A stretch of 64,000 nucleotides of DNA from Longimicrobiales bacterium (GTDB lineage Bacteria > Gemmatimonadota > Gemmatimonadetes > Longimicrobiales > Gaopeijiaceae), in NCBI GenBank assembly GCA_965116905.1, contig OZ220732.1, positions 896,001 through 960,000 of the forward strand, written 5' to 3'. The stretch's first letter is position 1, and each line of letters opens with the position of its first letter. Shown here in pieces: positions 1-10,985 of the stretch. The notes below the pieces were generated by a model. The model saw only the letters and a program-made list of their open reading frames with translations. It was not told where the DNA came from and did not search any database. The translations under genes and the position numbers were made by a program.

Positions 1-249
1 GGGTACCTCGTCTTCCCGCGCTGGGCCGAGACAGGGTTGGGGATCGTGGGCCATGTGGAGAGCCCCTTGCAGTGGTGGGGCGCCACGCGCGGTGCAGTGG
101 TCGACGCCGCCCGGGCCGTGACTCTGAACGAGGTACAGCGCATGCTGAACGAAGCCGTGGTGGCCAGGTCGGAGAGCGACGGGAATTCGGAGACGGACGG
201 GAGGGCGGAGACCGACGGGAGGGCGGCGAGCGACGGGAGGTCGGGGTGA
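1..249 (+). CDS. Partial hypothetical protein (3' end), C-terminal 6-aa repeats
   Basis: Open frame from the window start; stop overlaps the queE GTG start (GTGA). Confidence 0.6.
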   Translation, partial: GYLVFPRWAETGLGIVGHVESPLQWWGATRGAVVDAARAVTLNEVQRMLNEAVVARSESDGNSETDGRAETDGRAASDGRSG

Positions 250-914
250 CGCCGCAGTCCGTGCGCGTGACGGAGATCTTCCATTCGATCCAGGGAGAGT
301 CCACCTGGGCGGGCCTGCCGTGCACCTTCGTTCGCCTGACGGGCTGTCCGCTGCGCTGCGTGTGGTGCGATACCGCGTACGCCTTCCACGGGGGCACGCG
401 CATGCCGATCACCGAGGTGGTGGAGACCGTGGCGGCGGAGGGGTGCGGGCTGGTCGAGATCACCGGCGGAGAGCCGCTGGTCCAGCCGGGCGCGGCGACA
501 CTGGCCTCACGCCTCCTGGACGACGGATACACGGTTCTGGTCGAGACCTCGGGCGCGGTCGACGTGAGCGTTCTGGACGACCGGGTCCACACGATCATGG
601 ACCTCAAATGCCCCGGCTCGGGCGAAGCCGACCGCAATCTCTGGACCAACCTGGAGCACCTGTCGGAGCGTGACGAGGTCAAGTTCGTCGTCTCCGGCCA
701 GGACGACTTCGAGTGGGCCGCCAACGTGATCCGCCGCCACGGACTGGACGAGCGCGTGCAAGCCGGCACGCTCGGAGCGCTGCTGGTCTCGCCGGTCTGG
801 GGACTGGAGGAGATGGAGGCACTGGCCGCATCGATCCTGGCGAGCCGACTGCCGGTCCGGTTTCAGACCCAGCTCCACAAGCACATCTGGGGACCCGACC
901 GCGCCGGCGTATAG
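246..914 (+). CDS. queE: 7-carboxy-7-deazaguanine synthase (radical SAM)
   Basis: EIFHSIQGE, FVRLTGCPLRCVWCDT (CxxxCxxC), TGGEP, QLHKHIW. Confidence 0.92.
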   Translation: MTPQSVRVTEIFHSIQGESTWAGLPCTFVRLTGCPLRCVWCDTAYAFHGGTRMPITEVVETVAAEGCGLVEITGGEPLVQPGAATLASRLLDDGYTVLVETSGAVDVSVLDDRVHTIMDLKCPGSGEADRNLWTNLEHLSERDEVKFVVSGQDDFEWAANVIRRHGLDERVQAGTLGALLVSPVWGLEEMEALAASILASRLPVRFQTQLHKHIWGPDRAGV

Positions 915-950
915 GCCGGACGCCAGGGCGGTTCTGGGACGAGACCCGGC

Positions 951-1565
951 ATGCGACTGTCGCAACTTCCCGACGCGCTGGCCGGCCGATTTGGACCGAC
1001 GGACTCGGCGCTACCGGATCGTCACCGCAGGAATGCCGCGGTTGCGTTGGTCCTGCGTCCGCCGGCTGAAGCCCGGGACCCTCGGGTCGACCGTTGCGAG
1101 GTGCTGGCGATCCGAAGGGCGGACTCCTCTCGGGATCCGTGGTCCGGGCAGATGGCGTTGCCGGGCGGGAGCCTGGACCCGACGGATTCCGGACTGCTCG
1201 CTGCCGCCGTGCGCGAGGCGGACGAGGAGACGGGGCTGCGCCTGGACGTGGGTGGCCGTCCGCTGGGCCGGATCGAGCCGATGCGGCCGCTGGGCGTGCG
1301 CCTGCCGGTGATCACGATCTGGCCCTTTGTCTTCCGGACGGACCCGGCGGCGAAGGCCCGAATCGCCAGCCCCGAAGTGGCTTCGGTCCACTGGTTCCCG
1401 GTGCGTGCCCTCGACGACCGCTCGAACCGCAGCTCGTACGCGTACCGTGATCCGAGCCTGGGAGTGCGGCAGTTCCCGTGCATCCGGCTGGAGGGCCAGG
1501 TGATCTGGGGGCTGACCTACCGGATCCTGACGCAGTTTCTGGAGGTGCTTCGGCCACCCCTGTGA
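951..1565 (+). CDS. Nudix hydrolase, CoA pyrophosphatase type
   Basis: SGQMALPGG followed by Nudix box GGSLDPTD...AAVREADEETG; IWGLT. Confidence 0.88.
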   Translation: MRLSQLPDALAGRFGPTDSALPDRHRRNAAVALVLRPPAEARDPRVDRCEVLAIRRADSSRDPWSGQMALPGGSLDPTDSGLLAAAVREADEETGLRLDVGGRPLGRIEPMRPLGVRLPVITIWPFVFRTDPAAKARIASPEVASVHWFPVRALDDRSNRSSYAYRDPSLGVRQFPCIRLEGQVIWGLTYRILTQFLEVLRPPL

Positions 1566-1579
1566 GCGGCCGGTGCGAA

Positions 1580-1607
1580 CGGAAGGTTAACTATAGTTTA
1601 CCTTCCG
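1580..1607. terminator. Near-perfect 28-bp palindrome between convergent genes (possible bidirectional terminator or binding site)
   Basis: CGGAAGGTTAACTATAGTTTACCTTCCG, one mismatched pair. Confidence 0.5.
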
Positions 1608-1624
1608 AAGATCCCGCCCCGTGC

Positions 1625-2695
1625 CTACCGCGAATCCCGCCACTCCACCAGGAACAGGTTCGTGTTGCCTTCGTGCGACATGTTGCGGTTGGAGCCGAAT
1701 ACCAGGCTGGTGCCGTCGGGGTGGAACACGGGGAACCCGTCGAAGCCCTCCGACCATGTGACCCGCTCGAGACCGGTCCCGTCGACGTTGATCAGGTAGA
1801 GTTCGAACTCCCGCCCCCTCGGGTCGTCCATGTTCGACGAGAAGATGATCTGCTCTCCGGAGGGGTGCCAGTAGGGGGCGAAGTTGGCCGCGCCGTTGTC
1901 GGTCAGCTGTCGGACGTTCGAGCCGTCCGCATCGGCGACGTAGATGTTCAGGGCGGAGGGGCGGATGAGGCCCTCGGCCAGAAGGGACAGGTAGTCCTCC
2001 CGCTCCTCGGCGGTCTCCGGGTAGTGGGCCCGCCACACGATCTTCGTGCCGTCCGGACTGTAGAATGCGCCGCCGTCGTAGCCGAGACGGTCGGTGATGC
2101 GCGTCACGTCGGAGCCGTCGGGCAGCATGGAATAGAGGTCGAGGTCACCGTCGCGAATCGAGGTGAAGATGATCCGGTTCCCCGTGGGTGAAAACGTGGC
2201 CTCGGCGTCGTAGCCGAACTCGTTCGTCAGCTGACGCAGGTTGGATCCGTCCACGTCCGCCGCGAAGATGTCGAAGCTCGGGTACACCGCCCACACGTAT
2301 CCTCGCGAGAAATCCGGCGGGGTCGGGCAGGCGCGGCTGAAGTGATGCGTCGACGAGTAGAGGATCCGGTCGCCGCCCGGGTAGAAGTACGAGCAGGTGG
2401 TGCGGCCGTCGCCCGTGCTGACGAGCTGTTGTTCGCCGGTTGCCGGGTCGTATGTGTAGATCTGGTCGCACCCCTCTCCGGGAGTGCGGGTCGACTGGTA
2501 GACCAGCCTGGCGCCGTCGAACGACCAGTACGCCTCTGCGTTCTCGCCCGCGAAAGTGAGCTGTTTCATCTCGCCGAAGCGGCTCTCTTCGGGCCGAACC
2601 AGCTCCGGTATGTCAGGATGTCCCTGGCCGCCTGCCCAGGAAGGTGCAGCCATGGTCAAAACGGCCAGCAGCATGATCGATCGGGATGTATTCAT
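1625..2695 (-). CDS. Secreted TolB-like PD40-repeat beta-propeller protein
   Basis: Signal peptide; repeated FSPDG/YSPDG/FHPDG motifs and QLT..GYD. Confidence 0.85.
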   Translation of the reverse strand: MNTSRSIMLLAVLTMAAPSWAGGQGHPDIPELVRPEESRFGEMKQLTFAGENAEAYWSFDGARLVYQSTRTPGEGCDQIYTYDPATGEQQLVSTGDGRTTCSYFYPGGDRILYSSTHHFSRACPTPPDFSRGYVWAVYPSFDIFAADVDGSNLRQLTNEFGYDAEATFSPTGNRIIFTSIRDGDLDLYSMLPDGSDVTRITDRLGYDGGAFYSPDGTKIVWRAHYPETAEEREDYLSLLAEGLIRPSALNIYVADADGSNVRQLTDNGAANFAPYWHPSGEQIIFSSNMDDPRGREFELYLINVDGTGLERVTWSEGFDGFPVFHPDGTSLVFGSNRNMSHEGNTNLFLVEWRDSR

Positions 2696-3915
2696 TCAAC
2701 GTGTCGGATGTTGTGGGATACCGGTGTTGGGACCCCGGCGGTCCGGGGCTCGCTGTTCGGGCCGGACTGCGGGAAGCCCCCAAACCTAGCACGAATCCCG
2801 CGCTCGGCCAGTTCGCGGATGTAGGGTTCGGTGGGAATGATTTCGTCGGGTGTGCCCACTCCCGAGGCAACCTCCCCGCGCGCCTGCATCAGCGCCACGA
2901 TCGCCAGGGTGAACCCGGTGGTCCTGGCCATGGCCGTGATCCCCGTTGCCGGGTCGTAGCGGTCGACGACTTCGTAGCGGACCCGGGACCGGACGCCGTC
3001 CTTCTCTCCCGTCACCTCGACGCGCGCGACCACGAGGTCGTCCCCGCTCTCGTTTCTGAGCGAGGGCGTCGCCTGCTGGATGAAGAACTTGCGGGGATTG
3101 ACGATTGCCCCGTTGTAGTCAACGTCCTGGTCGCTCAGCAGCCCGAGTTCGCGGATGGCGCGCATGACCCGGGCGTGGCCCGGGTAGCGCAGCGTCTTGT
3201 ACTCGAAGCTCCTGATCCGGTTCTCGTACCGGGCGGGCATCGTGGAGGTCCCGCCGCCGGTGTGGAAGGCCTCGAGGCGGCCGATCGGTGCCCCGAACTC
3301 CACGGTTTCCAGCTCCGACAGCGCGTCCACGCGGATCCGCTTCCCGTCCCTCAGGATCTCGGCCGGCGTTACGTAGTAGTCGAACATGCCTTCGAGAGCG
3401 TACACGATCTGGTAGTTGAGGGGCGGGCGGGGGTTGCGGGGCAGCCCGCCCACCCACAGCCGCACCGTGTGAACCGACTCGTAACGCTCGATACCGGCCT
3501 GGGCCAGGATATTGACCATGCCCGGGGCCAGCCCGATATCGGGCGCGACCGAGACGCCGCGTTGCCGGGCGGCCGCGTCCAGCCCGCGTTGCCGGGTGAC
3601 GATTGCGGTGTTGCCGCCCAGGTCCGTGAAGTGGGCGCCGGCCTCGACCGCGAGCCGCGCCATCTCGTAGTTGAAGTGGTAGGGGAGCGCGCACAGCACG
3701 CCGGTGGCGCCCTCCATGGCGTGCCCGATGGAGTTGGAGGATGAGGCGTCTGCACGCAGCGTCGACAGCCGTCGGCCCAGGTGAGGCCGAAGCGCCGGGT
3801 GCAGCGCGTCCGGATGCAGGTCGGCGACGACGACCTCTTCAACCACGTCCTGCCGCAAGAGGTCGAAGGCCGCGGCAGAGCCCTGGGCACCGCCCCCCAG
3901 TACGAGGAATCTCAT
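2692..3915 (-). CDS. Saccharopine dehydrogenase / lysine 6-dehydrogenase family protein
   Basis: GGGAQG Rossmann motif, [27 protein letters not shown]. Confidence 0.88.
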   Translation of the reverse strand: MRFLVLGGGAQGSAAAFDLLRQDVVEEVVVADLHPDALHPALRPHLGRRLSTLRADASSSNSIGHAMEGATGVLCALPYHFNYEMARLAVEAGAHFTDLGGNTAIVTRQRGLDAAARQRGVSVAPDIGLAPGMVNILAQAGIERYESVHTVRLWVGGLPRNPRPPLNYQIVYALEGMFDYYVTPAEILRDGKRIRVDALSELETVEFGAPIGRLEAFHTGGGTSTMPARYENRIRSFEYKTLRYPGHARVMRAIRELGLLSDQDVDYNGAIVNPRKFFIQQATPSLRNESGDDLVVARVEVTGEKDGVRSRVRYEVVDRYDPATGITAMARTTGFTLAIVALMQARGEVASGVGTPDEIIPTEPYIRELAERGIRARFGGFPQSGPNSEPRTAGVPTPVSHNIRHVE

Positions 3916-6395
3916 GCGGGCCCCATGAGGTTGAACTGCGTCTCGTGCACGGGCTCGTCGCCGTTGAGGCGCGTGACCCCCACGATTCGGTCCCCGACCC
4001 CTGGCGAAACGACGCGCTGCGCCGGTGCTGTGCGCGGTTTGAGCGCCACGGAGCCGACCGTCGCACCCGTCGGCACACCACCCGCGGAGAGCAGCACGAC
4101 CCGGTCGTCGTCCAGTCCCTCCAGCGCGCCGACGATCCCGTGGGCACAGTCCCGGGTCGCCATCGCCGAGACGCCGAGGCCGCTCCGCTTGCGGATCGGG
4201 AAGTCGGCGAGGGGCGTCCGCTTTCCGGCGCCCTGTTCGTTGACTAGCAGAATGGGGGCCTCGCGCATGGCGGCGATGAACGCGACGACTTCGTCTTCTC
4301 CGCGCAGACCGATCCCCTTCACGCCCAGCGCCACGCGGCCCATCACCGGGACCTCCCGTTCGGGGAAGCGTAGCGCGCGCCCCTGCCGCGTGACGAGGAG
4401 GAATTCCGTGTCCCCCGACGTGTCGTGCACGTCCAGGACGGTGTCGTCCGGTCGGAGCCGCATCGCGATGATCCCGGCGGGCGTCGGGTTCGAGTACTCG
4501 TTCAGGCGCGTCCTCTTGGCCAGACCGGCGCGCGTGACGAACGCCACGTAGCGATCCTCCGTGAGATCCTCGATCGGCCGGATCGCGACGATCGGATCGC
4601 GGCGGTCGATCCCGAGCAGGGCCCAGATCGACTTGCCACGCGCCGCACGCGACCCTTCAGGGACCTCTTCGACCCGCAGGAAGTACACCTTCCCCTTGCT
4701 GGTGAACGACAGCAGCCAGCCCTGCGTCCGCGCGACGACCACGGTCTCCAGGTAATCGCCGCGGTAGCGCTCCATCGCGGCCATTGCAAGGCCCGCCGCG
4801 GTGCGCCGCCTGTAGAGGTGCATCGGAATCCGCTTCAGGTAGCCCTGGTGGGAAATGGTGACGACCACGTCCTCGTCGGCGACGCTCGACTTCACATAGG
4901 CGAAGTCGGCCTTGTCCTGCCCCTCCAGAATCACGGTGCGGCGGGCGTCGCCATAGCGCTCTACGACCTCGTCCAGCTCCCTGAGCATGACGGTGAGCTG
5001 CAGCGACTCGTTCGCGAGGAGGCCGCGCAGCTTCTCGATCGCGGCGCGCAGATCCGCCTCCCGGGCGCGCAGGTGGTCGCCTTCGAGCGCGGTCAGCCGG
5101 GCGAGCCGCATCCGCAGAATGGCCTCCGCCTGGATGTCGCTCAGGCCGAAACGCTCCTGCAGCCGGGCCGCTGCCTGGGCGCGGTCCGTCGAGCGCCTGA
5201 TCACGGCGATCACTTCGTCGATGTGGGCCAGCGCCGTGAGGAGACCCTGGGTGATGTGCAGGTCCGCCTCGGCCTTGTCCAGATCGAACCGCGACCTGCG
5301 GCGGATCACGTCCAGGCGATGGTCGCGGAACCGTTCCAGCAGCTCCTTGAGGGTGAATTCCTCGGGCTGCTTGCCACCGTCGAGAGCCAGGAGAATCGCG
5401 CCGAAGGTGGACTGCAGCGCGGTCTTCTTGAAGAGCACCGCCATGATGCCGCTGACGTCGGCCCCTCGCTTCAGCTCGATCACGAGGCGGATACCCTCGC
5501 GGTCCGACTCGTCCCGGAGGTCCGCCACGTCGGGCAGCATGCCCTTGCGCGACAGCCCGGCGATCTGCGCGATGATCCGGGACTTCGACACCGCGTACGG
5601 CAACTCGGTCACCACGAGCTGCTTGCGCCCCCCCCTCACGGCCTCGGTCACCACGCGCGCCCGCATCGTCATCCGGCCGCGCCCGTTCTCGTACATGCGA
5701 CGAATGCCGGCGCGCCCGACGATGTAGCCGCCCGTCGGGAAGTCTGGCCCGGGAACCTGCTCCATCAGTTCGGCCATGTCGCAGTCCGGGTCGTTCACCA
5801 GCGTCCGCAGCGCGTCGGCCACCTCACGCAGGTTGTGCGGCGGCACGTTCGTGCTCATCCCCACGGCGATACCCGAACAGCCATTGACAAGCAGGTTCGG
5901 GACCGTGGACGGCAGCACCGCCGGTTCCTTGAGACGGTCGTCGAAGTTGTTCTCCCAGTCGACCGTGTCCTTCTCGATCTCGGCGAGCAGCTCGGTGGCG
6001 ACGCTGGCGAGACGCACCTCCGTGTACCGGTACGCGGCCGCCGAGTCACCGTCGATCGAGCCGAAGTTGCCCTGTCCGTCGACGAGCGGGTAGCGCAGCG
6101 AGAACTCCTGGACCATGCGGACGAGCGCATCGTACACGGCCGCGTCGCCGTGCGGGTGGTACTTGCCCAGCACCTCCCCCACCACGGTCGCGCTCTTCTT
6201 GTAGTCGCGGTCCGGCCGCAGTCCGAGTCCGTGCATGGCCACGAGAATCCGCCGGTGCACCGGCTTGAGTCCGTCCCTGACGTCCGGGAGGGCGCGCCTC
6301 ACGATCACGCTCATCGAGTAATCGAGGAAGGCGTGCTGCATCTCATCCTCTATGTGCCGCTCAAGCACGCGGTCACGCACGCGGGCTACGCTCAT
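3912..6395 (-). CDS. Type IIA DNA topoisomerase subunit A (GyrA/ParC family; GyrA-box degenerate)
   Basis: [36 protein letters not shown]-terminal beta-pinwheel repeats. Confidence 0.93.
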   Translation of the reverse strand: MSVARVRDRVLERHIEDEMQHAFLDYSMSVIVRRALPDVRDGLKPVHRRILVAMHGLGLRPDRDYKKSATVVGEVLGKYHPHGDAAVYDALVRMVQEFSLRYPLVDGQGNFGSIDGDSAAAYRYTEVRLASVATELLAEIEKDTVDWENNFDDRLKEPAVLPSTVPNLLVNGCSGIAVGMSTNVPPHNLREVADALRTLVNDPDCDMAELMEQVPGPDFPTGGYIVGRAGIRRMYENGRGRMTMRARVVTEAVRGGRKQLVVTELPYAVSKSRIIAQIAGLSRKGMLPDVADLRDESDREGIRLVIELKRGADVSGIMAVLFKKTALQSTFGAILLALDGGKQPEEFTLKELLERFRDHRLDVIRRRSRFDLDKAEADLHITQGLLTALAHIDEVIAVIRRSTDRAQAAARLQERFGLSDIQAEAILRMRLARLTALEGDHLRAREADLRAAIEKLRGLLANESLQLTVMLRELDEVVERYGDARRTVILEGQDKADFAYVKSSVADEDVVVTISHQGYLKRIPMHLYRRRTAAGLAMAAMERYRGDYLETVVVARTQGWLLSFTSKGKVYFLRVEEVPEGSRAARGKSIWALLGIDRRDPIVAIRPIEDLTEDRYVAFVTRAGLAKRTRLNEYSNPTPAGIIAMRLRPDDTVLDVHDTSGDTEFLLVTRQGRALRFPEREVPVMGRVALGVKGIGLRGEDEVVAFIAAMREAPILLVNEQGAGKRTPLADFPIRKRSGLGVSAMATRDCAHGIVGALEGLDDDRVVLLSAGGVPTGATVGSVALKPRTAPAQRVVSPGVGDRIVGVTRLNGDEPVHETQFNLMGPA

Positions 6396-6429
6396 GCGGC
6401 CTCCTGCCCCTGCTCACTGAGGTGAGTAC

Positions 6430-7290
6430 TCACTCACGTCCCGGTATGTACCCCCGCTCCAGCACGTCAACCGTGTCGCCCAGCGCGATTCGCCCGCGCC
6501 CGCGGTGCACCACGTTGACCCCGAAGTAGACATGAGACTCAATGCGGCGGTAGAACGCCAGCGTCCTGAGCGGCTCGGAGGCCGGGTCGCGGGTGCCCGA
6601 ATCCTGGTCGACCGTCGTGACCTTGCAGCGCGCGCACAGCTTCACGCCCTCGAAGCCCAGGCCACCGATGGCGAAGCGCTGCCAGCGGTCCTCGTCGTGG
6701 GGCGAGTCGCCGGTCACCACGATATTCGGCCGGAACCGCTCCACCGGGATCGGCCGGCCGACGCGCCGGGTCAACTCGTCGACCGAACGCTCGCTGACGA
6801 GCAGCACCGGAAATCCGTCCGCGAAGCCCACCTGGTGTCCCGCCGCGTACTCGGGGTCGGTGGCGCGCGCGTCCCGATTGCGCATGAAGACCAGCCGGAA
6901 CTCTCCACCCAGCACCGAGGAAAGCCAGGCGTCGGCTTCCGCCCCGACGGTGCGTGCGCGAGCGCCCGAGCCATGAATACGCACCCGGACCGCGCTGCCG
7001 CCTGGATCCAGGGGAAGGGTCAGGGTGTCCGCTCCGGGGGCCGCGAGCGCCAGCGAGCCGTTGTCGAGGCGGGGACGAATGCCAGCCAGCCGGGGAGTGT
7101 CGCGCTGGCTCACGAATTCCCCATCGGGCCTCACGATCATCCAGCGGCGGTCGAAACGGGGACCCAGTTCGTCGAAGTCCATGGCGTCGAGCTCGATTCC
7201 CCGGGTGCCCTTCACCGGATAGACCCGGAGGCGGGTGACGCGGAGCGGTCCGCCGCCGGGCCGTGCCGGTTCCGGGGGCGCGCCAGTCAC
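6430..7290 (-). CDS. MOSC domain protein
   Basis: YPVKG, DRRWM, FADGFP, RFRPNI, CARC. Confidence 0.9.
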   Translation of the reverse strand: MTGAPPEPARPGGGPLRVTRLRVYPVKGTRGIELDAMDFDELGPRFDRRWMIVRPDGEFVSQRDTPRLAGIRPRLDNGSLALAAPGADTLTLPLDPGGSAVRVRIHGSGARARTVGAEADAWLSSVLGGEFRLVFMRNRDARATDPEYAAGHQVGFADGFPVLLVSERSVDELTRRVGRPIPVERFRPNIVVTGDSPHDEDRWQRFAIGGLGFEGVKLCARCKVTTVDQDSGTRDPASEPLRTLAFYRRIESHVYFGVNVVHRGRGRIALGDTVDVLERGYIPGRE

Positions 7291-7703
7291 GTGACCACCG
7301 CGTCGAGGTTGCGGCTGACGATCGTCAGCGGAAGCGTGGCCTGATGACGTCCGTTGACCAGGACGTGGAAGGTGTGGACCCCGGCCTCCTGAAACACGAT
7401 GCCGTCGAGGTTGATCACGTGCGGCACCCGGATCCCGGTCTGGAGGCTCGAGGGGCTCGGAGCCACCTTGAGCTCGCCGCTGAGTGAGACGATCTCCTTG
7501 CCGGACGGTGACGCGAGCTTGATGGTGAGCTTGTGGGTTCCGGCGTCGTTGGCGCCGCCGAGGAAGCGCAGGACGAGCGAAAGACGGCCGTGCCGGGCCG
7601 GAAAGCGCGCCACGCTGATCTGGTCGAAGACGCCCAGCAGATTCAGCTTTCCGGACCCGTCGATGGTGGCCGCGTCGGCGATCAGTACGAGGTCTACGTC
7701 CAC
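7287..7703 (-). CDS. Conserved hypothetical protein (DUF6941-like)
   Basis: GTG start; ADAATIDGSGKLNLLGVFD N-terminus; coupled to neighbours. Confidence 0.7.
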   Translation of the reverse strand: MDVDLVLIADAATIDGSGKLNLLGVFDQISVARFPARHGRLSLVLRFLGGANDAGTHKLTIKLASPSGKEIVSLSGELKVAPSPSSLQTGIRVPHVINLDGIVFQEAGVHTFHVLVNGRHQATLPLTIVSRNLDAVVT

Positions 7704-8344
7704 GAAACTCCTTCCCCGGCCGCGCCGGCGCGCGGCTCTCCCATGAGTGACCCGGCCAGCACTAGGCCGAACAGCAGGTCCAGGGCCGCGTGTGCGATGA
7801 CCGACGGCCAGACGCTGCCGGTCCACGCCACTCCGAGGGCCATCACAACGCCGATCACCGTGGTCCGCACAATCCCGTGCCGGCCCTGGTACGAATGAAG
7901 GAAGCCAAAAACACCCGCGGCGGGCAAGGCGCCGGCCAGATAGGAACCGGTCCAGGGCAGTAAGAGCGCGGGAATGAAGGCGCGAAAGACGATCTCCTCC
8001 GAGAAGCCGGCGGTGACGGAGAGCGCTGCGAATACCCCCTTTTCGCGTCTCGTTTCGGGGATGATCGCGCGGACCATTGCGGTCTCCTGCCAGCCGAACC
8101 GCCGCGAGAGACTCCGGAACGCATAGGCCACCATGACGCCTGCCCCGGTGAGGAGCATGGCGGGACCCGGGACGCCGGCAATCCCCGGCGGCCACGACAG
8201 CAGCCCGGGTGCGGCCGGGTGCGGGAGGCGCGGGAGCGCCCAGAAGGCCAGCAGCCCAAAGGCCGCGAGCACAAGCATGGAACTCGTGTAGACCGGGACG
8301 CGGGCGGCGCGTATCTCTTCGCCGGTAACGGGCTCGCGCTTCAA
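7694..8344 (-). CDS. CPBP (Abi/CAAX) intramembrane metalloprotease
   Basis: EEIVFR, FGFLH, IAHAALD motifs; hydrophobic segments. Confidence 0.88.
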   Translation of the reverse strand: MKREPVTGEEIRAARVPVYTSSMLVLAAFGLLAFWALPRLPHPAAPGLLSWPPGIAGVPGPAMLLTGAGVMVAYAFRSLSRRFGWQETAMVRAIIPETRREKGVFAALSVTAGFSEEIVFRAFIPALLLPWTGSYLAGALPAAGVFGFLHSYQGRHGIVRTTVIGVVMALGVAWTGSVWPSVIAHAALDLLFGLVLAGSLMGEPRAGAAGEGVSWT

Positions 8345-9780
8345 GCGCGCAGCTCCCTTCCCGTGCGCAGGATTCCGTCGATCGCGAGGTCGATGTCGGC
8401 GGCGGTCGTGCGCGTATTCAGAATGCAGAACCGCAACGAAAACCTGCCCGCCAGGCGCGTGGAGGACATCATGGCGTGGCCCGACTGTACGATCCGACGC
8501 TGAATCTCCCGGTTCAGCTCGTCCAGGTCAGGCTGGGCGGCGGCCGGATGTCCGACGTATCGGAAACAGACGACGCCGAGACTCTGCGGCGACAGCATTT
8601 CCAGCTCCGGTTCGGCCCGTATCCGCGCTTCGGTCCGTTGGGCCAGCTCGATGGCGCGCGCGATCTCCCTGCGATGCGCGCCCACGCCGTAGCGCTGGAC
8701 CGAAAGCCAGACGCGCAGCGCGCGAAAGATCCGCGTGAGCTGCAGGCCGCGGTCGCAGAAATTGACGTGTTCCGGTCCCCAGTCGGCGTCCTGAAGGTAC
8801 TCCGGGAGCATCCTGAAGGCCGATTCCAGCCTTGCCACGTCGCGCACCATGAGGCAGCCGGTCTCGTAGGGCTGAAAGAACCACTTGTGCGGGTCCAGGC
8901 TTATGCTGTCCCCCAGCTCCAGTCCCGAGAGCAGGGGCCGGGTGTTCGGGTCCAGCACCGCGAAGCCCCCATAGGCCGCATCGATGTGGTACCAGAGCCC
9001 CTCATCGGCTGCGATGTGGGCGATCTCGGCCAGCGGGTCGATGGCTCCGGTGTTGGTGGTGCCGGCGTTGGCGATCACGCAGAACGGTGCAAGACCGTTC
9101 TCGCGATCCCGGCGAACAGCCTCGCGGAGACCCGAAGGCACGATCCGGAAGTCGGCGTCGACGGGCAGATGGCGGACCCGGGTGCCGTCGATCCCGGCGA
9201 TGCGGGCGGCCCGGACGACGGAGGCGTGGGTCTGCTCGGAGACGTACACCGTACCTGAAGGGGGATTCCCGGCGGCTTCTCGCGCGGTGACGAGAGCGAT
9301 CAGGTTGGCGGCGGATCCACCGCTGGTGAACAGACCCCCGGCGCCGGGGGGATACGCCAGCCATTCACGGAACCAGTCGGTGACGGTGACTTCGATCTGG
9401 GACGGACCCGACGATTCGAGCCACGTGCCCTGAAACACGTTGAAGCCGTTGATCAGGAAGCTGGCCAGGACCGATGCCCATGACGGACTGGACGGAATGA
9501 AGGCCAGGAACCGCGGATGGTCGATCCGCCCGGCGAAGGGCATCACGTCTCGCAATATGGTCTCGAGCAGCGGTTCCAGGGGCTGGCCGGTGTCCGGCGG
9601 CGGGCCGTGAAGGAGGGGCTCCGTGACCTCCCGGGCGGCCCCCTGCCAGGGCGGACCCTCGGCGAGGTTTGCCCAGCGGTCCACGATCGCGTCGACCACC
9701 TGGTATCCGGAACGCCGCATTTCCTCCGGATCCTCCAGGAGTGAGAGGCCGGCGGCGGCTTCCCTCGTCTCTGCTGTCAT
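8341..9780 (-). CDS. PLP-dependent (group II, aromatic-amino-acid-type) decarboxylase
   Basis: HPRFLAF, SGGSAAN, HIDAAYGG, DSISLDPHKW. Confidence 0.9.
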   Translation of the reverse strand: MTAETREAAAGLSLLEDPEEMRRSGYQVVDAIVDRWANLAEGPPWQGAAREVTEPLLHGPPPDTGQPLEPLLETILRDVMPFAGRIDHPRFLAFIPSSPSWASVLASFLINGFNVFQGTWLESSGPSQIEVTVTDWFREWLAYPPGAGGLFTSGGSAANLIALVTAREAAGNPPSGTVYVSEQTHASVVRAARIAGIDGTRVRHLPVDADFRIVPSGLREAVRRDRENGLAPFCVIANAGTTNTGAIDPLAEIAHIAADEGLWYHIDAAYGGFAVLDPNTRPLLSGLELGDSISLDPHKWFFQPYETGCLMVRDVARLESAFRMLPEYLQDADWGPEHVNFCDRGLQLTRIFRALRVWLSVQRYGVGAHRREIARAIELAQRTEARIRAEPELEMLSPQSLGVVCFRYVGHPAAAQPDLDELNREIQRRIVQSGHAMMSSTRLAGRFSLRFCILNTRTTAADIDLAIDGILRTGRELRA

Positions 9781-9856
9781 CCGTTGACGCCTTGGCTGAA
9801 GGGGTTCTAGTGTAGGGTCAGGCACGCACCTGTTTCCACGTCCACGGAGGACGACC

Positions 9857-10168
9857 GTGACCACATCGGCGCCGCCCAAGGCAACATACCGCGTGATCGA
9901 CGCGTACGATCATCCGCACGGAGGCCGTATTCTGCGGCTCCGCCTCGGGAGGGGCGAGGCTTTGCGGGTCAAGGAGCTGAAGGGTTGCGCCATGATCGCC
10001 ACCTCGCCGGATGGCGTCGAGGAGCAGATAACCGTGGGCGGCTTCGCTCTTTTCGGCGGCAGACCATCGGATTCCCGGCTGGCCAGAACGGGCCGGGTGG
10101 ATGTCCAGGTGACGGGCGAAGTCGCGCGGCTCGTGGAGTTCGGATGGACGCTGGCAGGGCCGGTCTGA
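9857..10168 (+). CDS. Hypothetical protein
   Basis: RBS GGAGG before GTG; plausible composition. Confidence 0.6.
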   Translation: MTTSAPPKATYRVIDAYDHPHGGRILRLRLGRGEALRVKELKGCAMIATSPDGVEEQITVGGFALFGGRPSDSRLARTGRVDVQVTGEVARLVEFGWTLAGPV

Positions 10169-10239
10169 CGGGCCAGCACACGCTCCCCATGCCCGCCGGT
10201 CGGGCTCCCCGCTCTGCCGGTGGGGACGGCCGCTAGCGG

Positions 10240-10941
10240 CTAGCGCGCTCCTGTGGCGCCCCGGGCGCCGGGCGGATCCCGTTCGAACGCCCTCCGGAAC
10301 CACGCCACATAGGCCTCCTGGGCCCCGGGATCCGCTGCCAGCCAGTCCCTTCTGGCCTCGACGAATGCATCCGGCCGCGCGGTCAGGATGAATGCGTCCA
10401 GGTAGCCGTTCTCTTTCGAATACATCAATTCGTCGAGAATGCCGTAGGGAGGGGCGTCGAAGATCGACCGCTGATACAGCCAGGTGTCCGATACGCGGGC
10501 CAGGATCGCCTTCTCGAGTTCGAAATCGCTCGCGCCGAGCGCCTCGGGCAGCCACCGATCCAGCCGGTTCTGCGCGGCCATCAGGTGGAGGTGCGCGTAG
10601 ATCGTGTATGGTCCGGAGATGCCCGGCCTCGCCTGAGCGGTCACGTTGGCGGTGTCGCCCTGCTCGTTCACCTCGAGCCGCTCCCAGGGATAGACGGGCC
10701 CTTCCTGCCCGTTTGTGTAGATCATGAACGAGGGGTCGAGCGTGATGCTGTCCATCTGCTCCCTCAGCCACGCGTCCACCTCCTCCATGCGTTCCTTGGT
10801 GGGCGCGAGCCGTTCCCCGGATAGGATGACGAGCCGCCGCGGTTCGGGAAGCTCGAACTGGGCCGTGCCGCAGGCGGACAGCGTGAGGGCGGCGACCGCG
10901 ACAACAGCGCGGCGAACGTTCAGGGTGGTGTGCATCGTCAT
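10240..10941 (-). CDS. Hypothetical lipoprotein
   Basis: Signal with lipobox LSAC; normal codon usage. Confidence 0.7.
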   Translation of the reverse strand: MTMHTTLNVRRAVVAVAALTLSACGTAQFELPEPRRLVILSGERLAPTKERMEEVDAWLREQMDSITLDPSFMIYTNGQEGPVYPWERLEVNEQGDTANVTAQARPGISGPYTIYAHLHLMAAQNRLDRWLPEALGASDFELEKAILARVSDTWLYQRSIFDAPPYGILDELMYSKENGYLDAFILTARPDAFVEARRDWLAADPGAQEAYVAWFRRAFERDPPGARGATGAR

Positions 10942-10985
10942 GGCGTGGCCGGTGTGCGTGCGAAACGGGCGTATCACCACCTTAC

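Noticed and set aside
4425..6425. Long antisense ORFs (e.g. 666 aa opposite the topoisomerase; also 39056-40606 and 60271-62028)
   Set aside because: Shadow ORFs typical of high-GC codon bias, with no recognisable motifs.
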